NCBI GenBank assembly: GCA_041394185.1
Contig: JAWKIQ010000004.1
Span: 322,075 to 386,074 of the forward strand
DNA: 64,000 nucleotides
Direction: 5' to 3'
Source of the DNA: Acidimicrobiales bacterium
GTDB taxonomy: Bacteria; Actinomycetota; Acidimicrobiia; Acidimicrobiales; Poriferisodalaceae
Part shown: positions 52,273 through 60,952 of the stretch, piece after piece
How the letters are laid out: each line of letters opens with the position of its first letter
Numbering within the stretch: position 1 is the first letter of the stretch
Position numbers and translations under genes: made by a program
Notes under the pieces: model-generated
What the model was told of the DNA's origin: nothing
Seen by the model: the letters and a program-made list of their open reading frames with translations, nothing else
Database searches by the model: none

Positions 52273-52926
52273 ATGACCTCCTTGAGCGAACAGGCCTACG
52301 ACGGAATCCGCCGGATGATCGTCCGCCTCGAGTACGCGCCGGGCGACGTGCTCCGAGACGACACGCTCCAGCAGCAGTTGGGCATCGGCCGCACCCCTGT
52401 GCGCGAAGCCTTGCAGAGGCTGGCCCGCGACCAGTTCGTCACGGTCATTCCACGCCGTGGAATGCTGGTCAGCCGCGTCGACGTCGAAGACCTGTCCCTG
52501 TTGTACGAGACCCGAGCGGTCATGGAGCCCTACGCGGCGAGGCTGGCAGCTCTACGGGGTAAGCCCGAGCACTGGGAAGCCATGCAAGAGCTGATCACCT
52601 CGTCGGCGACGTCGGACGACGACGAGGAACTGCTTGCGGTCGACCGTCGCTGTCACGAGATCACGTGGGCTGCAGCAGGCAATCGGTTCCTCACCGACAG
52701 TCTCGACACTCTCTACGCCCACAGCGACCGCGTCTGGCACCTGTACCTGTCCGACGTCGCCGACACCCGCGAGGCGGTGGAAGAGCACGCCCAGATCCTC
52801 GACGCATTGCGGCGCGGCGACGGCGACGCAGCGGCCGACTTGATCGAGCGCCATGTTCGCAGTTTCGACGATCAGGTGCGTGCTGCTGTGTCGCGCCGCC
52901 TCGACTCGCCGCTGGTCACTCGATAA
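52273..52926 (+). CDS. GntR family (FadR/FCD subfamily) transcriptional regulator
   Basis: LQQQLGIGRTPVREALQRLARDQFV is a GntR-type HTH, followed by a helical FCD-like C-domain. Confidence 0.88.
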   Translation: MTSLSEQAYDGIRRMIVRLEYAPGDVLRDDTLQQQLGIGRTPVREALQRLARDQFVTVIPRRGMLVSRVDVEDLSLLYETRAVMEPYAARLAALRGKPEHWEAMQELITSSATSDDDEELLAVDRRCHEITWAAAGNRFLTDSLDTLYAHSDRVWHLYLSDVADTREAVEEHAQILDALRRGDGDAAADLIERHVRSFDDQVRAAVSRRLDSPLVTR

Positions 52927-53902
52927 TCGGGTTGGCGAGGTGCCAGGCGATAGTCGAGCGCAACCCATCGGCGATCGACGTCACCGGGCACCATTGCAGC
53001 TTCGACATGGCCCTGTCGGTGCGCGGGACGCGCCGGTGTGGCTCGACGAAGCGCCACCCGTGTATCTGCTGTGGGTCGGTTGCAACGACATCGACCGCTG
53101 GCGTACTGGTCAGATCGGCGACCAGCTCTGCGGTCAGAGTGGCCAGATCGGCGATGGTCGTCGGTTCGCGGTTGCCGGCGTTGAACACCTCGCCGACCGC
53201 GGCCGGTTGTGACCCTGCAAGGGCGGTGAGGCGGGCCAGATCGCCAACATGGGTGAACGACCGGACCTGCGAACCATCGCCATAGATGGTCACCGGACCT
53301 CCCGCCAGCGCCTGGTCGACGAAGCGGGCGACCACAGAAGCGCCAGGTCCCCGGTGGGCTCTGGGGCCGTAGCTGTTGAAATAGCGCAAGATCGTGGCAG
53401 GCATCCCTCGGGTGGCCGCGTCGAGAACGAACTGTTCGCCCAGAGCTTTGGCCAGGGCATAGCTCCATCGGGGCGAGGTGGGTGGACCTATGGCCAGGTC
53501 GTCTTCCTCGTCCATCGGTTTGCCGCGCGAGTTGCCGTAGACCTCGCTGCTCGAGGCAAACACGAGGCGAGTCTCGTTGCGGACGCAGGCGTCGACCACG
53601 GCACGTGTGCCGTCGAGAATGATTGCTGCCGCGCCGGTGGGGTCGTTCAGGACGCGCTGCACACCCACCGCAGACGCCAGGTGGAACACGACGTCGGCCC
53701 CTGCGGTGACGTGTGCCACCAGGTCGGCGTCGGCGACCGTACCCTTCGTGAACGTGACGTTGTCGCCATGGTGGGCGAGGTTGTCGAGCGACCCGTTCGA
53801 CAGGTCGTCGACAACGGTCACCGAGTAGCCGGCGGCAACCAGCTCATCGACCACGTGCGAACCGATGTGGCCCGCGCCTCCCGTCACGACGGCCCGCATC
53901 AT
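52916..53902 (-). CDS. NAD-dependent sugar-nucleotide epimerase/dehydratase (SDR)
   Basis: VVTGGAGHIGSH (GxxGxxG), SSSEVYG and YALAKALGE (YxxxK). The ATG overlaps the upstream TGA. Confidence 0.88.
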   Translation of the reverse strand: MMRAVVTGGAGHIGSHVVDELVAAGYSVTVVDDLSNGSLDNLAHHGDNVTFTKGTVADADLVAHVTAGADVVFHLASAVGVQRVLNDPTGAAAIILDGTRAVVDACVRNETRLVFASSSEVYGNSRGKPMDEEDDLAIGPPTSPRWSYALAKALGEQFVLDAATRGMPATILRYFNSYGPRAHRGPGASVVARFVDQALAGGPVTIYGDGSQVRSFTHVGDLARLTALAGSQPAAVGEVFNAGNREPTTIADLATLTAELVADLTSTPAVDVVATDPQQIHGWRFVEPHRRVPRTDRAMSKLQWCPVTSIADGLRSTIAWHLANPIIE

Positions 53903-54861
53903 GGCGACGACTCCGAAGTGACGCGTCGATAGTCCTGGAGCCGAAACCCGAACACCCCACCGACCCATCCGATGGGTGCAACAGCGGTGGCAATGGCCTC
54001 GGCCTGTCGCTCGGCGCGCTGTTGCGGCGACTGCTTGGGGAGCAGTGAGGCGAAGGCGACAGCCACCCCACGAACGAAGCTTCGAGCCTGGCTCGGAAGC
54101 TGAGCCGCGAGGGCTCGGCGGCCCCGGTGGCGACGGGTCCACATCGCCTCGAATCCACCGAACGAGAGGTAGCGCTCGATGAACCACCTGAGCCTCAGCC
54201 TGGCCTGCGGCACCACCTCCCAGGCGATGGCGCGGTCGTTCCACTCGATGTCGTAGCCGGCCATGCGCAGGCGGCGTCCGAGGTCGGCATCGTCGGCGGT
54301 AGCCGTTGCCTGCGACTCGTCGTAGCGCTCGGAGCACTCGTCGAAGATGCTCGAGCGAAAGCAGACGTTGCCTCCGAGGAACGAAGGCATGTCTGTGCCG
54401 GTCGGGTGCCGAGGGATCTGCTGCCAGATGACCCGAGCCCATGCCGGCGCTGTGTCGGGGATCCGCACCAGCACGGGCCCGGTGAGGATCGGAGCCCTCG
54501 ACTCTGCGGCGAGCTTCAGATGAGACTCGAGCCATGACGGCGTGACCACTTGGTCGTCATCGACGCACAGCAGATATTTGGCACACGGGTCGCGTTCGGC
54601 GATGACGGTGTTTCGCGCGAAAGCGACACCGGTGCGACCCTCCTCGACGACTCTGACCGGCCAGCCGCAGCGTCGGCTCAGTTCGGCCGCGTCGAGAGAG
54701 CTGCCGCCCGGCGTGTTGTCGACCACCAACACGTCGACGCTCGGCCGCTCGATCGACCGGAACTTGGAACGACCCACCGAGTCGAGCAGACGCGCCAACT
54801 CGGCTGGGCGCTCGCGTGTGCAAACAGCGAGCGTCAGGTCATTGTGAGGCATCCGGTCCAA
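53899..54861 (-). CDS. family 2 glycosyltransferase (copy a)
   Basis: LAVCTRERPAELARLLDSV...VLVVDN...ARN...CVDDDQVVTPSWLE has the GT2 DxD context. It is a paralogue of 55211-56176. Confidence 0.8.
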   Translation of the reverse strand: MDRMPHNDLTLAVCTRERPAELARLLDSVGRSKFRSIERPSVDVLVVDNTPGGSSLDAAELSRRCGWPVRVVEEGRTGVAFARNTVIAERDPCAKYLLCVDDDQVVTPSWLESHLKLAAESRAPILTGPVLVRIPDTAPAWARVIWQQIPRHPTGTDMPSFLGGNVCFRSSIFDECSERYDESQATATADDADLGRRLRMAGYDIEWNDRAIAWEVVPQARLRLRWFIERYLSFGGFEAMWTRRHRGRRALAAQLPSQARSFVRGVAVAFASLLPKQSPQQRAERQAEAIATAVAPIGWVGGVFGFRLQDYRRVTSESSP

Positions 54862-55154
54862 CCACGCCGAGGCATCCCAAGGCGGCCGGGTGTGAGCAAA
54901 CCGCCGCTCAGGTCGAGAGGGTTGCCAAAGCTGCCTACCTTGCCGAACGAGAAGCCCGACACCTCGCCCTCCAGAGAGTGGGCATCGCCCACGAGCGCCT
55001 CCATGTCGTCGGCGTCGAGGCCATATTCGGTGGCCACGGCGTCGGGCGATTCGATCACCTTCGAGGCGAACTCTTCGTCTTCGAGCAGACGCTTGAACGC
55101 TCGACCCAGTGGTGTGGCGAGGGCCTTTTCCATGTCTTCGTCTTTGGCTGACAT
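54834..55154 (-). CDS. small protein (106 aa) with NHLP/Nif11-like leader-type N-terminus; candidate RiPP precursor
   Basis: ATG follows AGGAG. RAFKRLLEDEEFASKVIESPDAVATEYGLDADDMEAL resembles NHLP/Nif11 leaders. It continues EGEVSGFSFGKVGSFGNPLDLSGG-LLTPGRLGMPRRGWTGCLTMT, and the 3' end overlaps the GT2a start. Confidence 0.6.
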   Translation of the reverse strand: MSAKDEDMEKALATPLGRAFKRLLEDEEFASKVIESPDAVATEYGLDADDMEALVGDAHSLEGEVSGFSFGKVGSFGNPLDLSGGLLTPGRLGMPRRGWTGCLTMT

Positions 55155-55210
55155 CGTGGCTCCTGGTTGTGGTGCGCTGTCATGATCCTGACGGCATCGA
55201 GGAGGCCAAG

Positions 55211-56176
55211 TTACATTCCGGAGTTGTCAGAGGTCACCTTGCGGTACACCTTCGGGCGGGGCAGGCCGACGGCACATGCCAGCCACCCCGAGATCCACGG
55301 CACTCTGTGCTCTGCGGCATACCTGAGTTCGCTATCGCGTCCCAGCACCGCCCGAATCCACACCAGCACGACGCGTCCGAGTTCCTTGAACGTGCTGCGC
55401 ACGAGGTGGCTGCGTTTCGTACCTGCGTCGCGCGCTCGCTCGGCCTGACCGAAACCAACGCGGTAGCCGCGCTGCACCAGCCATCGAAGCGATGCTCGTT
55501 CCTCGCTCAGCCAGTGCCACGTGACGGCACGATCGGCGTGGATCAATCTGGCACCCTGCTCGACCGAGCGTGCCGTCCATTCGATGTCGGAGCCACCGGC
55601 GGTTCCGAACGACTCGTCCAACCAAGTCTCTTGTCGGTCGAGCCAGCTCGTGTTGATCAACAGGTTGCCGGTTGCCGCATGTTCGAGAACGGTGCCGTCG
55701 GCAGGTCGGGCACTGCGAAGTGTGCTCAGGATCGCCCTCGCTCTCGGCGAAGCCCCCGGCGGGATTCGCGGAAGCGATGGGCCAGAGACGAAGTCCGCGT
55801 CGTGCTGTTCCGCCGCGATGATGAGCTGCTCGAGCCACGAAGGCGTGGCGGTCACGTCATCGTCGATGAACACCACCGCGTCGGCCTCGCGGTTTCGGTT
55901 CCGAATGGCGGTATTTCGGGCGAAGGGAATGCCGGTGCGCGACTCGTGCACCACCCTCACGTCGAGCCCGCATAGCGACGACAACTCGTCGGAGTCGTAA
56001 CCCTCGGGCGGGCTTGCGTTGTCGACGATGACCACAGCGGCGATGGCCCGGTCTTCGTCGAGCTGCCTGAACTTGAGCCTGGCGAGCGACTCCAACAGGC
56101 GTCTCAGCTCGGATGGCCGGCTTCTCGTGGCCACAAGGATCGACACCCGCACAGGCGCCGAGTATCGCGCACTCAC
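55211..56176 (-). CDS. family 2 glycosyltransferase (copy b)
   Basis: ILVATRSRPSELRRLLESL...VIVDN...ARN...FIDDDVTATPSWLEQ is co-linear with copy a. Confidence 0.8.
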   Translation of the reverse strand: MSARYSAPVRVSILVATRSRPSELRRLLESLARLKFRQLDEDRAIAAVVIVDNASPPEGYDSDELSSLCGLDVRVVHESRTGIPFARNTAIRNRNREADAVVFIDDDVTATPSWLEQLIIAAEQHDADFVSGPSLPRIPPGASPRARAILSTLRSARPADGTVLEHAATGNLLINTSWLDRQETWLDESFGTAGGSDIEWTARSVEQGARLIHADRAVTWHWLSEERASLRWLVQRGYRVGFGQAERARDAGTKRSHLVRSTFKELGRVVLVWIRAVLGRDSELRYAAEHRVPWISGWLACAVGLPRPKVYRKVTSDNSGM

Positions 56177-56208
56177 TATCTTTGGTCACCGTGCGAGTCG
56201 TAGACCAC

Positions 56209-57051
56209 ATGTCCGCTGCCCTCGGAGTAGTGGCTGAGGGCGCCGACCTGCGTAGTCCTACCCCCGAGATGATCGATCAGTTGAGCGAACTGTTGGATCG
56301 CCACCTCGTCGTCGCAATACGCGGTCAGCGCCTGACCGAGTCCGAACACATGGCGGTCACCTCGGCGCTGGGTACGCCCTGGATACACCCGATCGACCGA
56401 TTGCGAGGCAAGGCCAGTGCCGAACCAGTAACCGTGGAGGCGACCAGCGACGAGCCTCTCGGTACCGACAGTTGGCATGTCGACTTCCCGTACCTTCCTT
56501 CTCCGCCCTCGATCGGCATCCTGAACGCGATCGAGGTGCCCTCCTACGGCGGCGACACCATGTGGCTGAACCTCCAGCTCGCCTACGAAAGGCTTCCGGA
56601 CCGGATTCGCGCAGATCTGGACGGAGTTGGGGTGAACCACTCGATCGGAGAGTTCTTCCTGGATCGCTATGCCGGCGGCGACCCGATGTTGAGGGCGCTC
56701 TGGAAACGAGTGTGTGTCGGAAACACCCACCCGGTCGTCAGAGCCCACCCCCGAACGGGCAAGCCCAGCGTGTACACGCTCGATGCCCAGGCCGAGTTGG
56801 TCGGCTTCGAGGGCTCTGACCCTGCCCGGCTGATGGCCGAGCTGGTCGAACGCTCGACCAGCCTGAATTTCACCTGCCGTTGGCGTTGGCACGAAGGCGA
56901 CGTGGTGTTCTACGACCAGGCGGCGACATTCCACCGACTCATCATCGACCCTTGGCCGGGAGTGCGTCGGATGCGCAGGACACTGGTCGAGGGCCAACCA
57001 CCGACCGCCTACGAACCAGCGATTGCGGTGTCGTCGGCCAAGGCCGAATAG
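56209..57051 (+). CDS. TauD/TfdA-family Fe(II)/2-oxoglutarate dioxygenase
   Basis: DSWHVDFPY (HxD), GGDTMW and WRWHEGDVVFYDQAATFH. It is divergent from the GT2 operon. Confidence 0.8.
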   Translation: MSAALGVVAEGADLRSPTPEMIDQLSELLDRHLVVAIRGQRLTESEHMAVTSALGTPWIHPIDRLRGKASAEPVTVEATSDEPLGTDSWHVDFPYLPSPPSIGILNAIEVPSYGGDTMWLNLQLAYERLPDRIRADLDGVGVNHSIGEFFLDRYAGGDPMLRALWKRVCVGNTHPVVRAHPRTGKPSVYTLDAQAELVGFEGSDPARLMAELVERSTSLNFTCRWRWHEGDVVFYDQAATFHRLIIDPWPGVRRMRRTLVEGQPPTAYEPAIAVSSAKAE

Positions 57052-58829
57052 TCGTCGATGCGCGCTCGCACGACGTCCAGCCCTGCCGACCAGAAGGCCT
57101 CGTCGCGCACGTCGATGCCGAACCGGGCGCCCAATTCGGCGGCGGGGGCCAACCCGGTAGACGACAACAGGTCGTCGTAGGCGCCGCGGAAGGCTTCGGG
57201 ATCGTCCATGAAGCGGGCGTAAAGGCCCAGGCCGAACAGCAGGCCAAACGCGTAGGGCCAGTTGTAGAACACGCTGCCGTAGTAGTGCGGCTTGGCCGCC
57301 CACATCCATCGATGGCGCACGTCTTCGTGCAGGCCCTCGCCATAGGTCGCCTGCTGAGCGTCGGCCATCAGCTCGCACAGCTCGCCAACCGACAAGGTCG
57401 ACTTGCGTCGCCGTTCGAACACCGACGACTCGAACAGGAACCGACTGTGAATGTCGACGATGACCTGGGTGGTGCCGGACAGATCGATGTCCAGCAGTGC
57501 CAGGCGCTGGGCGCCTTCGAGGGCTTCGAGGCCGTGGTGCACCATCAGGGTTTCGCAGAAGATCGACGCGGTCTCGGCCAGCGTCGACGGGGTGCCTCGC
57601 TGGATGGGTGTGCGTTCGCCCAACTGGACGTTGTGGTAGGCGTGGCCCAGCTCGTGTGCCAGGGTCATGACCCCGTCCGCGCTGCCGTCGAAGTTCAACA
57701 ACACCCGGCTGTCGCCGTCGCCCATGGGCATGCAGAACGCCCCGCCCCGCTTGCCGGCGCGAGGTGCGACGTCGATCCACCGCTCGCCGACGGCACGCTC
57801 GGCCAAGCCCCGCAGCGAGGTCGAATACGAGCCGAAGGCGTCGTAGACCCGCTCGACGGCCTCTGACCAGTCCACCGCCGCGGCCTCACCCACGGGGGCG
57901 AACAGGTCGTACCACGGCAGGCCTCCATCGTGGCCGAGCAGCCCCGACTTGGTTCGCAGATATCGGCGGAAGTCGGGGAACGATGCGACCATGGCCGATT
58001 GCAGTGCCGCCAGCGTGTCCTGGTCGACGGCCTGCCCGAACACCTGGGCCGCCAGCACCGAGGGCCATCCCCTTCGCAGCGCCAGCTCCTGCTGTTCGCC
58101 CTTGATGGCGTTGAGCGCGGCCGCGATCGGAATCGAGTGTTGCTCCCAGGCTCCATGCTCGGCCACATAGGCGGCTTGGCGCACTGCGGTGTCGGGGTTG
58201 GTCGCCAGACCCCTGATGGCGAAGATGGGCAGCGACTGCGGCCCGTCGGGCAGGTCGACCACCGCGCGGATCGACGACGACACGTCGCCGTACAGCCGCG
58301 ACCAGGCCGAAGATCCCGTGACCGACATCAGGGCGGCCAGTTCTTCTTCGGCCTCGCTCATCTGGTGTTCGGCGCGAACCAGACCCTTGCGCAAAGGCCA
58401 CTCGTGGGCGGCCGCGGCGTCGCTGGCGGCGATCAGTTCGTCGACGTCTAGGCCCTCGGTCCATGCGTCGAAACGTGTGGTCAGGTTCGACAGGTCGACC
58501 ATCACCCGTTCGAGGCGCGACATCGCCGCCTGGGCCACCGAGTCGGTGCTGTCGGTGCTGACGAATGCGTTCAGATAGGCGCGCATCTGTCCCAGCTGTC
58601 CGAGCACCTCGTTGGTGCCAGCCAGTACCTCGTCGATGGCGGTTGTCGGGTCGTCGGGCACCGATCCGCGCCTGACGTCGTGGCGGTCGTACAGCGCTGC
58701 CAGCCGACCCACCCGAGCCCCGATCTGCTCCTCGGCGTCGGTGTACTCGCGGCTGTCGACACCGGGGAAGTACTTGCTGACATCCCAGCGGGGCGCGTCG
58801 GGTGATGGTGCGTTCTCTGTGACCGTCAT
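57009..58829 (-). CDS. M3-family oligoendopeptidase (PepF-like)
   Basis: LAHELGHAYH (HExxH), at the 606-aa length typical of M3B peptidases. Confidence 0.85.
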   Translation of the reverse strand: MTVTENAPSPDAPRWDVSKYFPGVDSREYTDAEEQIGARVGRLAALYDRHDVRRGSVPDDPTTAIDEVLAGTNEVLGQLGQMRAYLNAFVSTDSTDSVAQAAMSRLERVMVDLSNLTTRFDAWTEGLDVDELIAASDAAAAHEWPLRKGLVRAEHQMSEAEEELAALMSVTGSSAWSRLYGDVSSSIRAVVDLPDGPQSLPIFAIRGLATNPDTAVRQAAYVAEHGAWEQHSIPIAAALNAIKGEQQELALRRGWPSVLAAQVFGQAVDQDTLAALQSAMVASFPDFRRYLRTKSGLLGHDGGLPWYDLFAPVGEAAAVDWSEAVERVYDAFGSYSTSLRGLAERAVGERWIDVAPRAGKRGGAFCMPMGDGDSRVLLNFDGSADGVMTLAHELGHAYHNVQLGERTPIQRGTPSTLAETASIFCETLMVHHGLEALEGAQRLALLDIDLSGTTQVIVDIHSRFLFESSVFERRRKSTLSVGELCELMADAQQATYGEGLHEDVRHRWMWAAKPHYYGSVFYNWPYAFGLLFGLGLYARFMDDPEAFRGAYDDLLSSTGLAPAAELGARFGIDVRDEAFWSAGLDVVRARIDDYSALADDTAIAGS

Positions 58830-58887
58830 ACGACCAGTGTCGCAGCTGACCAGACGTGCGACACTGGCAGCCTCGGGAGGGGGTCAG

Positions 58888-59871
58888 GTGCAATTCGCCG
58901 TTTTCGATCAGGTCGAACTGGACCGCGATGTGTCGCTGAGCCGGCAGTACCGCGACCGGATGGAATACATCCGAGCGCTCGACGAGGCCGGGTTCTGGTG
59001 TTACTTCAAGAGCGAACATCACGGCATCGGGCTGGACGCAGCCCCCGACTCTGGGACGTTCCTCGCGGCCGCTTCCCAGCACACCGAGCGGATGCGGCTG
59101 GGGTCGCTGGTGTATCTGCTGCCGTTCCACCACCCGCTACGTCTGGCAGAACACATCGCAATGCTCGACAACCTGTGCGACGGGCGCCTCGAGGTGGGCA
59201 TCGGGAAGGGAATCAGCTCGCCCGAGCACGAGCTGTGGGGTCTCGACCCCGACCAGGGGGGTGCCAGGCGAGACGAGGCCTTCGAGGTGTTGGTCAAGGC
59301 TCTGACCAGCGACACGGTCGACCACCACGGTGTTCACTACCGGTTCGACGGCATGCCCGTGACCGTGCGCCCGGTTCAGCAGCCGCATCCACCGTTCTGG
59401 TATCCGGGCAACGTTCGTGCCGCAGCGCAGCGGGGCATGAACACGGTCACGGGCGGCCCGCCTTCACACGTGGCAAGCCAGGTCGAGCTGTACCGGTCGC
59501 TGTGCGACGAGGCGTCGGCAGGTCGGGGTCAGGTGGCCGGCACCTACACGTTTCTGGTGTGCGAGACAGACGACGAAGCGCTGAGCCGGGTGCGTTCGGC
59601 GTGGGCGCGGTTCACCGAGAACCTGACCCCGCTGTTTCGCAGGTGGGGTTTGGCCGTTCCCAACGATCCGACCTGTGGTGGCGATGTCGATGTCGCACTC
59701 CAGCGCAACTCGGTCATCGCCGGTTCGCCCGCAACCGTCGCCCGATTCGTCGAACGCTTCGAGGCCGAGTCGAACGCCGACCTGATGCTGTGCAAGTTCA
59801 CCTGGGGCGACCTGTCGCACGCCGAGGCGATGCGCTCGATGAGCCTTTTCGTCGAAGCCACCCTGGCCTGA
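58888..59871 (+). CDS. LLM-class flavin/F420-dependent oxidoreductase
   Basis: GTG start follows GGGAGGGGG. FAVFDQV...FKSEHH...LDNLCDGRLEVGIGKG is a luciferase-like pattern. Confidence 0.75.
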   Translation: MQFAVFDQVELDRDVSLSRQYRDRMEYIRALDEAGFWCYFKSEHHGIGLDAAPDSGTFLAAASQHTERMRLGSLVYLLPFHHPLRLAEHIAMLDNLCDGRLEVGIGKGISSPEHELWGLDPDQGGARRDEAFEVLVKALTSDTVDHHGVHYRFDGMPVTVRPVQQPHPPFWYPGNVRAAAQRGMNTVTGGPPSHVASQVELYRSLCDEASAGRGQVAGTYTFLVCETDDEALSRVRSAWARFTENLTPLFRRWGLAVPNDPTCGGDVDVALQRNSVIAGSPATVARFVERFEAESNADLMLCKFTWGDLSHAEAMRSMSLFVEATLA

Positions 59872-59875
59872 GCCC

Positions 59876-60910
59876 CTATAGGGGCGCTGGGGACAGACAG
59901 TTCGGTGGGGTGGGGAGACGCACGTCGGCCAGCAACTCGATGGAACGCAGCCTCTCGGCGAGGGTGGGCGACGGGTGCACGGTTATCAGCTCGTCGGCCT
60001 GGGCGCGCTGGGCGAAGTCGGCCAGGTACGAATCGACCTGGCCGGGGTCGCCCGCTGCGGTGAAGTGCATCATGTGTGCGATGTGTTGGCCCTGGGGCGA
60101 GGCCAACACCTGGTCGGCCTCTTCGTCGGTGAGCTCGCGGGGCACGCGCAGGAAGCGGGCCACCCGGCGGCGGCTGACATCCAGGCGCTGGCGCTCGGCA
60201 TCGGCCTGGGTTTCGGCGGCTATCACGTTGACCCCCGCCAAGACATAGGGCTCGGCGAGCTGCTCTGACGGCTCGAAACGGTCTCGGTATAGCGCCACGG
60301 CCTCGAACAGCTGGCCGGGTGCGAAGTGCGACGCGAACCCGTAGGGCAGCCCCAGCTTTGCGGCCAGCTGCGCCCCGAACAGCGACGAGCCCAGTATGTA
60401 CAGCGGAACGTTGGTGCCAGAGCCGGGAACGGCCTGCACCCCCGCCACCTTCGACCGGCCCTGAAGATAGGCCTGCAGCTCGAGCACGTCCTGGGGGAAG
60501 TGGTCTGAGGCGCGAGGATCGACCCGCATGGCCCGCATGGTGACCTGGTCGGTGCCAGGCGCCCGTCCCAGGCCCAGGTCGATGCGGCCCGGATGCAGCT
60601 CGGCCAGGGTTCCGAACTGCTCGGCTATGACCAGCGGAGAATGGTTGGGCAGCATCACCCCACCCGAACCAAGCGTGATGGTCGAGGTCCGCGAGGCCAC
60701 ATGGGCGATCAGCACGCTGGTGGCCGACGAAGCGATCGCCGACATGTTGTGGTGCTCGGCGTACCAGATTCGCCGGTATCCGCGCCGTTCGGCCAGCTGG
60801 GCAACCTCGACACAGTTGGCAAGGGCCTGCGCCACCGAGTCGTCGCGGTTGACGATGGCCAGGTCGAGTATCGACAGTGCGACGGGCTTGTCTTGGTGCG
60901 GGTCAGCCAT
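59876..60910 (-). CDS. LLM-class luciferase-family oxidoreductase (group 1, YhbW-like)
   Basis: LSILDLAIV...[12 protein letters not shown]...[23 protein letters not shown]...[12 protein letters not shown]. Confidence 0.8.
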   Translation of the reverse strand: MADPHQDKPVALSILDLAIVNRDDSVAQALANCVEVAQLAERRGYRRIWYAEHHNMSAIASSATSVLIAHVASRTSTITLGSGGVMLPNHSPLVIAEQFGTLAELHPGRIDLGLGRAPGTDQVTMRAMRVDPRASDHFPQDVLELQAYLQGRSKVAGVQAVPGSGTNVPLYILGSSLFGAQLAAKLGLPYGFASHFAPGQLFEAVALYRDRFEPSEQLAEPYVLAGVNVIAAETQADAERQRLDVSRRRVARFLRVPRELTDEEADQVLASPQGQHIAHMMHFTAAGDPGQVDSYLADFAQRAQADELITVHPSPTLAERLRSIELLADVRLPTPPNCLSPAPL

Positions 60911-60952
60911 GCCAACAGCATGCCACCGCGGCGTGCGTGACAGACTTTCCTG

